Source: Bacteroidota bacterium
GTDB lineage: Bacteria; Bacteroidota; Bacteroidia; Chitinophagales; Chitinophagaceae
Assembly (NCBI GenBank): GCA_016868855.1
Contig: VGFP01000002.1
Coordinates: 223,210 to 287,209, forward strand
Length of the DNA stretch: 64,000 nt
Direction of reading: 5' to 3'
The first letter of the stretch is position 1; each line of letters opens with the position of its first letter. Of the stretch, positions 50,984 through 59,351 are shown one piece after another. The position numbers and the translations under genes are program-made. The notes beneath the pieces were generated by a model that made no database searches, had not been told where the DNA came from, and worked only from the letters and a program-made list of their open reading frames with translations.

Positions 50984-51931
50984 TTATTTTTTGTTTTTCT
51001 TTCTCAGTTTTGAAAACCTTCCATCAAAACTGCATCTCACTGATCGGTGATTTCCGCATGCTTCCAATTCTTTTACCTGTAATCCGCTGCTGCTGAATGT
51101 AAATTCAAGCACACAATGATCGTCTGCCTTGTTGTATTGATAAACTTTTGGCTTTACCTGTGTGATATCTCCTCTCAGGCTTCCTGTACAGGATTTCCCG
51201 TTTTTATCTACATTGATGAAAAACAAGAGCTTCCCGTTTTTGCCTCCATCTCTAATAGCAATAAAATTTTTCTTATCCTGCGCATAATTACCACTCAATG
51301 GTTGCGTTATTGGAAGTGTGTCAATGGGATTGTATACTTCTTTCTCTATGACAGGTTCGTTGCTCTCCGTTAGAATCAAAGTAAATACTCCTTCAGTATT
51401 GTAAACATAAACACTCTTGTTGTAATAGGCCTTGCCATTTCCGATACTGCTATTTTTCAGTTTGGTAATGGTAAGCCTTCTGTCCAGACTTCCGTCGTAT
51501 GAAACAGTGGGGTTGAAACTTTTTTCACTCAGCAGCATGCCAGTTTTGAAAACATCTTCTTTGTCAAAACAAAGTACGTAAGCGCATCTTTTTTCTTTTT
51601 TTTGTGCGGTCAAGAACAAATAAATTTCACCTGTCTCTTCAGCTGCATATCTTCCTTTACGGAAAAATTTTACATCTTTTGTTTTTCCCAATTCATTTTT
51701 AAAAACACTGTCAGGTATGAATTTTGAAACGACAGATGCTTTGATGAAATTGCTGTCGAATTCTTTTTTTTCGAAATAATCCTGTTTGAATTGAACGGGC
51801 AATTCTACAGTCTTGAAGGCTTTGATGAAATCCCCCGCAACGATTTCTTCATCCACATTGATGTCTTTTTCTTGCTGGTTACAGGAGATCATGGAGGTGA
51901 GCAGCGCCAGAAAGATGAAATAATTTCTCAT
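50984..51931 (-). CDS. hypothetical lipoprotein
   Basis: Start moved to MRNYFIFLALLTSMISC (lipobox Cys17), followed by acidic NQQEKDINVDEE; TACATTTG at 51946-51953. Confidence 0.75.
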   Translation of the reverse strand: MRNYFIFLALLTSMISCNQQEKDINVDEEIVAGDFIKAFKTVELPVQFKQDYFEKKEFDSNFIKASVVSKFIPDSVFKNELGKTKDVKFFRKGRYAAEETGEIYLFLTAQKKEKRCAYVLCFDKEDVFKTGMLLSEKSFNPTVSYDGSLDRRLTITKLKNSSIGNGKAYYNKSVYVYNTEGVFTLILTESNEPVIEKEVYNPIDTLPITQPLSGNYAQDKKNFIAIRDGGKNGKLLFFINVDKNGKSCTGSLRGDITQVKPKVYQYNKADDHCVLEFTFSSSGLQVKELEACGNHRSVRCSFDGRFSKLRKKNKK

Positions 51932-52081
51932 ACTGGAGTATTGTTCAAATGTAGTTTTTTTATGCAGAAGGGGAGTAATAAGTGCAGCTGGACAAGTTTT
52001 CAACATAATGTGTAAAAAATACATATTAATTTCATGCATTCCCTTTTTGAGACTATCTTGCGGACTCATAAAAAGCGGATC

Positions 52082-53743
52082 ATGTCCAACTTCAGGAACT
52101 ATTCTTTGCCTTACTCGATTGACTCCAGATTTTCCAAAAAAGTTGCTTATTTCTCCATGGAATTTGCCATACACCAACCACTTAAAATATACAGTGGCGG
52201 TCTCGGTTTTTTATCTGGTTCACACCTGAGAAGTGCGTATGAATTGCGTCAAAATTTAATTGGCGTTGGAATTTTGTGGAAGTACGGATATTATGATCAA
52301 GCAAGAAATCAGGATCAAACCTTACAGGTACAGTGGAACGAGAAAATTTATAATTTCTTTGAAGATACTGGCATCAAGTTTCAAGTTAAGATCCATAATG
52401 CTCCAGTTTGGGTAAAAGCTTTCTATCTGAATCCTGAAACGTTCAAGTCAGCTCCTTTGTTTTTGTTGAGTACTGACCTGCCAGAAAATGATTATGTTTC
52501 TCAGACCATCACACACCGTTTGTACGATGCCAATGTTGCGACAAAAGTTGCACAATTTATTCTGCTAGGAGTAGGTGGCGCAAAATTGATTGATGAATTG
52601 GGTTACAAGCCCGACGTGTATCACCTGAACGAAGCACATGCCATTTCTTCTGCATTTTATTTGTTGAACAAAAATGGTGGTGATCTTGATGCACTCAAAC
52701 GTCAGTTGGTTTTTACCACACATACACCTGAGGAAGCAGGAAATGAAAAACATGATATTTATCTATGCGAAAAAATGTCTTATTTCTGTGGCATGCCGTT
52801 GGCCAAAGTAAGAGAGTTAACGGGAACGGAAGATGATCAGTTTAATCATTCCCTTGCCGCATTGAGATTTGCACGATTGTCCAATGCTGTTTCTGAATTG
52901 CACGGACATGTTAGTAGAAAAATGTGGGGTAAACACGATGGCGTTTGTCCGATCATCCACATCACCAATTCCCAGAATTGGAGATATTGGGCAGACAAGC
53001 AATTGTACTTTGCCATGGATGAACAGAACGATGAAAAGTTTATCGATCGTAAAAGATATCTCAAAAAAAGAGCATTTGATTTGGTGGCTGATCAAACAGG
53101 CAAGTTGCTTGATCAGGATGTTTTTACCATTGTTTGGGCAAGAAGATTTGCGGGATATAAACGTGCCGATTTGCTGACACGCGACAGAGAACGATTTGAT
53201 GCCATGCTGGCCAATGCAAAATATCCAGTTCAAATCATTTGGGCTGGAAAGCCCTATCCAGTTGATTATCCGGCCATCACTGAGTTCAATCACCTGGTTC
53301 ATCTCAGCAAGAGTCATCAAAACATGGCAGTTTGCACTGGATACGAACTGGGACTGAGCAAGCGTCTCAAACAGGCAGCAGATATATGGTTGAACAATCC
53401 TCGGGTGCCTAGAGAAGCATCCGGAACGAGCGGCATGACAGCAGCCATGAATGGAGCTGTGAATTTCTCCACAAATGATGGATGGATTGTCGAGTTTGTC
53501 AATCATGGAAACAATGGATTTGTTGTTCCACCCAAAGATTATGAGAATATGCATGTGCATGACCAGGATGAATATGACCAGGATGAATTGTACAGAATAT
53601 TGCAGGAGGAAATTCTTCCTTTGTATTACGATGCGCCACATACCTGGCGACAAATTGTACAAAATGGAATGAAAGATGTCCGATTCAGGTTCGATTCCAA
53701 CCGCATGGCAACAGAATATTACGACCTGCTTTACAACGGATAG
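52082..53743 (+). CDS. glgP: short alpha-glucan phosphorylase (GT35); PLP-binding Lys replaced by Thr
   Basis: AYFSMEF, YSGGLG, HLNEAH, FTTHTP, ARRFAGYKR, DIWLNNP...EASGTSGMTAAMNG. Confidence 0.88.
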   Translation: MSNFRNYSLPYSIDSRFSKKVAYFSMEFAIHQPLKIYSGGLGFLSGSHLRSAYELRQNLIGVGILWKYGYYDQARNQDQTLQVQWNEKIYNFFEDTGIKFQVKIHNAPVWVKAFYLNPETFKSAPLFLLSTDLPENDYVSQTITHRLYDANVATKVAQFILLGVGGAKLIDELGYKPDVYHLNEAHAISSAFYLLNKNGGDLDALKRQLVFTTHTPEEAGNEKHDIYLCEKMSYFCGMPLAKVRELTGTEDDQFNHSLAALRFARLSNAVSELHGHVSRKMWGKHDGVCPIIHITNSQNWRYWADKQLYFAMDEQNDEKFIDRKRYLKKRAFDLVADQTGKLLDQDVFTIVWARRFAGYKRADLLTRDRERFDAMLANAKYPVQIIWAGKPYPVDYPAITEFNHLVHLSKSHQNMAVCTGYELGLSKRLKQAADIWLNNPRVPREASGTSGMTAAMNGAVNFSTNDGWIVEFVNHGNNGFVVPPKDYENMHVHDQDEYDQDELYRILQEEILPLYYDAPHTWRQIVQNGMKDVRFRFDSNRMATEYYDLLYNG

Positions 53744-53751
53744 TTCTTTAG

Positions 53752-53759
53752 TATCTTTG
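53752..53759 (+). promoter_or_regulatory. -7 element (TATCTTTG) for def
   Basis: Exact TAnnTTTG match 4 nt before ATG 53764. Confidence 0.7.
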
Positions 53760-53763
53760 CAGT

Positions 53764-54342
53764 ATGATTCTTCCAGTTGTGGCATATGGGCATCCTGTAT
53801 TGAGACAGGTTTGTGAGGACATATCATCTGATTATCCCAACCTTGACATATTGATCGCTGACATGTGGGAGACCATGTATCATTCCCATGGCATGGGAAT
53901 CGCAGCTCCACAAATCAACAAGGCCATCAGGTTATTTGTAATCGATACTGAACAGGTATACAACAACAGTGATGAGGAGGAGCGAGCACAATTTGAAGGT
54001 GAACAAGGCATGAAAAAAGTATTTATCAATGCACATATCACGGAGAGAACGGGGAAAGAATGGACATGTGACGAAGGTTGTCTGAGCCTGCCGGGTTTTA
54101 GAGAAGAAGTTACAAGGGAAAATATCATTACCATTTCTTACTGTGACGAGCATTTTGTTCAAAAAATTGAAACCTTCCGTGGACTCAATGCGCGGGTGAT
54201 ACAGCATGAGTATGACCATATCGAAGGAAAATTATTCATCGATCATATTTCTTTGATCAAAAGAAAATTACTCAAGAAAAAGCTGGATGACATCAGCACA
54301 GGAAGGGTAAAGTCTGGTTATAAAATGTTGTTTGCCAAATAA
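53764..54342 (+). CDS. def: peptide deformylase
   Basis: GMGIAAPQ, EGCLS, QHEYDH. Confidence 0.97.
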   Translation: MILPVVAYGHPVLRQVCEDISSDYPNLDILIADMWETMYHSHGMGIAAPQINKAIRLFVIDTEQVYNNSDEEERAQFEGEQGMKKVFINAHITERTGKEWTCDEGCLSLPGFREEVTRENIITISYCDEHFVQKIETFRGLNARVIQHEYDHIEGKLFIDHISLIKRKLLKKKLDDISTGRVKSGYKMLFAK

Positions 54343-54734
54343 TCCTGCAACATCATGGTTGCGGCAATGACATCTATGTTTGATTTTTCTCTGCGGTCCT
54401 TTTTTTTCATTCCCATTTCTACCATTGCTCTGGATGCCATCTTGGAAGTATATCTTTCATCTACCGGAATGATGGGAATAGCGGGGAACATATTTTTCAG
54501 TCTTCTGATGCAATGTTGAACCGAAGCGGTTGCGTCTGTTGGCGATCCATCCAGGTTGGTTGGATTTCCAATGATGATTTTTTCGATAGTTTCTTTACCT
54601 GCATAGTCTTTTAAAAATTCAAAGAGTTTTTCAGTTTCAACTGTAAGCAATCCATTGGCAATGATTTTCAATGGATCAGTTGCTGCGATGCCTGTCCGTT
54701 TCTTTCCATAGTCCAATGCGATGATTCTTCCCAT
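54318..54734 (-). CDS. ruvX: RuvX/YqgF family nuclease
   Basis: ALDYGKKRTGIA, DERYTS, DVIAATMMLQDYL. Confidence 0.94.
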   Translation of the reverse strand: MGRIIALDYGKKRTGIAATDPLKIIANGLLTVETEKLFEFLKDYAGKETIEKIIIGNPTNLDGSPTDATASVQHCIRRLKNMFPAIPIIPVDERYTSKMASRAMVEMGMKKKDRREKSNIDVIAATMMLQDYLANNIL

Positions 54735-55643
54735 TTATCCAAAATAAATTAAATCCGTGATGCTGAAAAGGGCGAAAATAATACTGGCAATGCCATTGGA
54801 TGTCATAAAGGCTATATCCACTTTGCTCAAATCATTTTCTCTTACAATGCTCTGTTGGTAGAAAAGCAGTGCAGTATAGATGATGAGTCCGAAGTAGTAT
54901 ATCCAATGCATGCCATTCATGTATCCAAATCCTATCAAAAGCAATGCGGTGATGAAATGTAAAATTCTGGAAAGCAACAATGCATTTTTTCTTCCCATAT
55001 AACTTGGAATGGAGTGTAATCCCTGCGAAATATCAAATGCATCATCTTGCAGTGCATAAATGATATCAAATCCGCTGACCCATCCAATGACAGCAGCAGA
55101 CAATAAAATGATGGGAAGGTTCACTTGTTCAGTTACCGCAATCAATGCGCCTACAGGTGCCAGGGAGAGTCCCAGTCCCAGTATCAAATGACAGAGTGGT
55201 GTAAAGCGTTTGGTATAGCTATAACCTAATATGACAATCAATGCGACAGGAGATAACCAAAAACAAGTTGGATTGATCATCCATGCACTCCCCATAAACA
55301 GCAGGGAGTTGATGATTGTAAATCGCAGGGCGCTCGTGGGACTGATGATCCCTCTTGGAATTTCACGAATGGCTGTCCTCGGGTTTTTTGCGTCAAATGT
55401 CCTGTCTAAATAGCGATTGAATGCCATGGCCGCACTTCGTGCAAAAATCATACACAGCAGGATGTGAAAAAAAACCATCCATTCTTCAATGAAATAGTCC
55501 TTTACTTTCTGCCATCCATTTAAAGTGATCTCATTTTGCTGCTCGAACAGGAGTCCTACAAAAAATCCTACCAAAGCAAAAGGCATCGCGAAAATTGTAT
55601 GTGAGAATTTTATCAGTGATAAATAATGTAATAATCGTTTCAT
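54735..55643 (-). CDS. UbiA-like polyprenyltransferase (MqnP-type)
   Basis: HTIFAMPFA, ARSAAMAFNRYLDRTFDAKNPRT, YSYTKRFT, GFDIIYALQD. Confidence 0.85.
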   Translation of the reverse strand: MKRLLHYLSLIKFSHTIFAMPFALVGFFVGLLFEQQNEITLNGWQKVKDYFIEEWMVFFHILLCMIFARSAAMAFNRYLDRTFDAKNPRTAIREIPRGIISPTSALRFTIINSLLFMGSAWMINPTCFWLSPVALIVILGYSYTKRFTPLCHLILGLGLSLAPVGALIAVTEQVNLPIILLSAAVIGWVSGFDIIYALQDDAFDISQGLHSIPSYMGRKNALLLSRILHFITALLLIGFGYMNGMHWIYYFGLIIYTALLFYQQSIVRENDLSKVDIAFMTSNGIASIIFALFSITDLIYFG

Positions 55644-56176
55644 GTCAACTTTCTCATTTGTTTATATAGCTCCCACAGCACAATTCCGGCTGAAACACTG
55701 ATATTGAAAGAATGTTTGCTGCCAAATTGCGGAATCTCAATACAGCCGTCACAGATACCTATGGTCTTTTCTTCTACTCCAGTGGCCTCGTTTCCAAAGA
55801 TCAATGCAATCGGTTGATGGGAATGGATCTCTAATTGTTCAAGAGAGATACTTCCATGTACCTGTTCAACTGCAAAGACTTTGTAGCCTTGATCTTTTAA
55901 TTGATGGATGCAGTCATGGATGTTTTCAATTCCTGTCCAGGCAACAGTTTCAGTCGCTCCCAATGCGGTTTTTTGGATATCCCGGTGTGGAGGTTTCGGA
56001 GTATATCCACAGAGAAAAATTCGATCAACCAAAAAGGCATCAGAGGTCCTGAACACACTCCCCACATTGTGCATGCTTCTCACGTTCTCCAGCACCAATG
56101 CAATGGGCATTTTTCTGGTTTCCAGAAATGCTTCTCTGCTAAGGCGACCCAGTTCATCCATTTCTTTCTTCTGCAT
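55640..56176 (-). CDS. TrmH/SpoU family RNA methyltransferase
   Basis: NVRSMHNVGSVFRTSD, FGNEATG, IPQFGSKHSFNISV. Start moved to ATG 56176. Confidence 0.92.
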   Translation of the reverse strand: MQKKEMDELGRLSREAFLETRKMPIALVLENVRSMHNVGSVFRTSDAFLVDRIFLCGYTPKPPHRDIQKTALGATETVAWTGIENIHDCIHQLKDQGYKVFAVEQVHGSISLEQLEIHSHQPIALIFGNEATGVEEKTIGICDGCIEIPQFGSKHSFNISVSAGIVLWELYKQMRKLT

Positions 56177-56180
56177 ATGC

Positions 56181-56226
56181 CAAAGATACAACCAGATGCT
56201 ACTTTTATGAATAAAGAATAACTTTG
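56181..56226. promoter_or_regulatory. back-to-back -7 elements: TATCTTTG (minus, 56181-56188) and TAACTTTG (plus, 56219-56226)
   Basis: Both are exact TAnnTTTG matches and each lies 4 nt from its ATG (56176 and 56231). Confidence 0.72.
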
Positions 56227-56230
56227 CACC

Positions 56231-57688
56231 ATGCACAATGCATTTGAAAAAATTACCGAAGCTGTAAGCAAGTGGGATGCTGACAAAGGAATTGAAATTG
56301 AGTCATTGAAACAGGCAGGCAGCAATCGCCAGTATTTTCGATTGAAAAAGGGGGATGAGTCATTTATTTTGACCTACAATCCAACAAATGTTCCTGAAAA
56401 CAATGCTTTTATTTCATTCACCAGGCATTTTTCTGATCATGCCTTGTTTGTTCCCCGTATTGAATACGTTGCCGGCAACCAGGAATTCTATATTCAATCA
56501 GACCTGGGGGATCTCTCTTTGTTTGATGTGATCAAAGTAGAAGGATTCTCTGAGCGGGTGAAGAATCTTTTCAAGCAAACCTGTCAGTCACTCGCACAAC
56601 TGCAAATTGTAGGGGGTAGAAATATTGATTACAACAACTGCATAGCAACTAGGTCGTTTGACAAACAGGCCATTTATTCAGATTTGCTTTATTTTCTCTA
56701 CTATTTTGTCCGAGCACTAGATCTGCCGTACGATAAAAATTTATTACTGAATGATTTTGAAATGCTCAGTAGTTATCTCATGCAGGAGGAACAACAATAC
56801 TTCATGCACCGTGATTGTCAGAGCCGAAATATCATGATCAAAGACAACAATGTTTGGTTTATTGACTACCAAGGAGGCATGCAAGGTGCATTGCAGTATG
56901 ACATTGCTTCTTTGTTATGGCAAGCCAGGGCCCAGATGCCATATGATTGGAGGGATGAACTGGTGAATTATTACTTTGAGCATGCGAATCAATTGCTTGA
57001 AGGCAGTTTGAAAAAAGAAGATTTTCTTTCCAACTATGATGGATTTGTGCTGATCCGGATGCTGCAAACATTGGGTGCGTATGGGTTCCGGGGATTGTTT
57101 GAGCGCAAACCTCATTTTATTGCTAGTATTCCATTTGCACTTAAGAGCCTGAAGTGGTTTTTAGAAAATAAAAAGTTGCCTATCAGATTGCCTGCATTGC
57201 AAAAAGTATTACAAGCCATTGTAGCGGATGAAATCCTTGAAAAGTTTGCAACCATCACTGCAGGTCCGGATTGCAAACTGACCATACACATCAACAGCTT
57301 TTCGTATAAAAAAGGGATTCCACAAGATGAATTTGGTAACGGAGGCGGGTATGTGTTTGATTGCAGGGGGATTTTAAATCCCGGACGTTTGGATGAATAC
57401 AAAACGCTCACCGGTAGAGACAAACCAGTTCAAGAGTTTTTGTTGCACAAAACTAATATGCCTTCTTTTCTGCAGCATGTTTTTGGCATCATAGATATTT
57501 CTGTGGAAGATTATATCAAAAGAAGTTTCGAGGGACTCACCATCAGTTTTGGTTGCACAGGCGGACAGCATCGAAGTGTGTTTGCAGCAGATCGACTCGC
57601 TGATCACTTGAAAGAAAAATACAAAGTACAAACCGTTGTTCGTCATATGGAGCAAGATGCTAAAAATTGGATCAATGAACCCTATTAA
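56231..57688 (+). CDS. AmgK-like APH-family phosphotransferase fused to a RapZ C-terminal domain
   Basis: AGSNRQYFR, DLG, HRDCQSRNIM, IDYQ, YDIASLL; from about 57278 SFSYKKGIP, FDCR...NP, LTGRD, GCTGGQHRSV. Confidence 0.85.
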   Translation: MHNAFEKITEAVSKWDADKGIEIESLKQAGSNRQYFRLKKGDESFILTYNPTNVPENNAFISFTRHFSDHALFVPRIEYVAGNQEFYIQSDLGDLSLFDVIKVEGFSERVKNLFKQTCQSLAQLQIVGGRNIDYNNCIATRSFDKQAIYSDLLYFLYYFVRALDLPYDKNLLLNDFEMLSSYLMQEEQQYFMHRDCQSRNIMIKDNNVWFIDYQGGMQGALQYDIASLLWQARAQMPYDWRDELVNYYFEHANQLLEGSLKKEDFLSNYDGFVLIRMLQTLGAYGFRGLFERKPHFIASIPFALKSLKWFLENKKLPIRLPALQKVLQAIVADEILEKFATITAGPDCKLTIHINSFSYKKGIPQDEFGNGGGYVFDCRGILNPGRLDEYKTLTGRDKPVQEFLLHKTNMPSFLQHVFGIIDISVEDYIKRSFEGLTISFGCTGGQHRSVFAADRLADHLKEKYKVQTVVRHMEQDAKNWINEPY

Positions 57689-58415
57689 TGAATGCAAGGC
57701 CATGCTATTTGCAGCTGGATTGGGCACAAGACTCAAACCTTTTACCGATCATCATCCAAAGGCACTTGCTCAAGTAAACAATAAAACACTCCTCCAAAGA
57801 AATCTTGAATACCTGCATTCGTTCGGCATCAATCATTTTGTTGTCAATGTGCACCATTTTGCTGACCAGGTCATTGCTGAATTGGATAAACTGGCATGTG
57901 AGCAATGGAGTGTTGATATTTCCCATGAAGTAGACGGACCCTTTGAAACAGGTGGTGGATTGGCATTTGCTGCCAGGCATTTTTCAGGAAGCGATCAGCC
58001 ATTTGTGGTCATGAATGTCGATATTCTCACGAACCTTGATCTGAATGGCATGTATGATTATCATCAAAAAATACATCCGCTCGTTACACTCGCGGTGACA
58101 GACCGGAAAAGTTCAAGACATTTTTTATTTGATGATGAGATGAAGTTGGTAGGATGGCGAAACAACAAAACAGGAGAGGAGAAATGGGTGAATGGATTGG
58201 TTGAAAACGTACAACCATTTGCTTTTTCAGGCATTCATATCATCGATCCCCGCATTTTTAGCCTCATGCCAATCGATGGAACTTTCTCAATCGTGGACAT
58301 TTATCTGCGCATAGCCAAGGATGAATTGGTCATAGCATATGACCATACTGGTGATCTGATGCTGGACGTGGGAAAGCCAGAAGCATTGCTGAAAGCGGAG
58401 GAAATGTTTTCTTGA
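57675..58415 (+). CDS. sugar-phosphate nucleotidyltransferase, MurU-like
   Basis: KAMLFAAGLGTRLKPFTDHHPKAL, ETGGGL, NVD, FSGIHI, DVGKPE; overlaps the kinase gene. Confidence 0.85.
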   Translation: MNPINECKAMLFAAGLGTRLKPFTDHHPKALAQVNNKTLLQRNLEYLHSFGINHFVVNVHHFADQVIAELDKLACEQWSVDISHEVDGPFETGGGLAFAARHFSGSDQPFVVMNVDILTNLDLNGMYDYHQKIHPLVTLAVTDRKSSRHFLFDDEMKLVGWRNNKTGEEKWVNGLVENVQPFAFSGIHIIDPRIFSLMPIDGTFSIVDIYLRIAKDELVIAYDHTGDLMLDVGKPEALLKAEEMFS

Positions 58416-59090
58416 TCAGGACGTATAATCTTTCCCCGCAATTACAATTACGATTTCACCCTTGACAGTTTTTTGTGAGAAGTGATTGTGCACTTCCTTC
58501 AAACTGCCCCTTGCGTTTTCTTCAAATTTTTTTGTGAGTTCTCTAGAAACACAGCAAGGGCGGTCCTCACCGAAATATTCCATCAACTGTTGAAGGGTTT
58601 TCACCAAACGCATGGGAGATTCATACAGTATGATGGTTCTGCTTTCATTTGCTAGACCAGTCAACATGGTATGTCTTCCTTTTTTCAAAGGAAGAAATCC
58701 TTCAAAACAGAAACTATCCGATGGGAGTCCGCTGTTTACCAATGCAGGTATCAAAGCCGTTGCACCAGGCAAGCATTCAACTTTTACACCAGCTTTAATG
58801 CATGCGCGTATGATAAAAAAAGCCGGGTCCGAGATGCCCGGTGTTCCGGCATCTGTGAGTAAAGCCATTTTTTTTCCTTCCAGCATTTGAGCAACCAACC
58901 GCTCGGTAACCTGATGCTCATTGTGTTGATGATAAGATTGAAGTGGTTTGCTGATTGCATAATGTTTAAGCAAGACACCTGAAGTCCGGGTATCCTCTGC
59001 AAGAATCAAATCAACATCCTTTAATACGTCTACAGCCCTGAAGGTCATATCAGCCAGATTGCCGATGGGTGTAGGTACTATGTACAGCAT
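58416..59090 (-). CDS. rsmI: 16S rRNA (cytidine-1402-2'-O)-methyltransferase
   Basis: LYIVPTPIGNLADMT, AEDTRT, DAGTPGISDP, YESPMR, RELTKKFE, KGEIV. Confidence 0.96.
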   Translation of the reverse strand: MLYIVPTPIGNLADMTFRAVDVLKDVDLILAEDTRTSGVLLKHYAISKPLQSYHQHNEHQVTERLVAQMLEGKKMALLTDAGTPGISDPAFFIIRACIKAGVKVECLPGATALIPALVNSGLPSDSFCFEGFLPLKKGRHTMLTGLANESRTIILYESPMRLVKTLQQLMEYFGEDRPCCVSRELTKKFEENARGSLKEVHNHFSQKTVKGEIVIVIAGKDYTS

Positions 59091-59099
59091 TGTAAAAGT

Positions 59100-59351
59100 T
59101 TACTGTGAGATGATGCTGATCTCAAAATGTTCCATCACCTGGTTGGCTAGTAATTTTGTAGCTGCTTCTTCGGCAACTTTTTTTGCATCGCCTTCATTTG
59201 CTGCATCAACGTGAAGTGTGATTCTTTTTCCTATTCTTACATCTTGAACGGGTTTCAATCCGAGATTGTGCAAGCCCCCCAATACTGCCTTTCCTTGGGG
59301 ATCCAATAAGTCTTTCAAGGGCATGACATTGATGGCAACAGTATAAATCAT
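59100..59351 (-). CDS. purS: phosphoribosylformylglycinamidine synthase subunit PurS
   Basis: LDPQGKAV, VRIGK, LLANQVME. Start moved to ATG 59351; TATCTTTG at 59372-59379 lies inside pssA. Confidence 0.93.
   Translation of the reverse strand: MIYTVAINVMPLKDLLDPQGKAVLGGLHNLGLKPVQDVRIGKRITLHVDAANEGDAKKVAEEAATKLLANQVMEHFEISIISQ

Noticed and set aside
52817-53911. 364-aa antisense ORF over glgP and def
   Set aside because: It has no recognisable motif and almost entirely overlaps well-supported genes on the other strand, so it is a shadow ORF. The same applies to the many 60-190 aa overlapping ORFs in the track.
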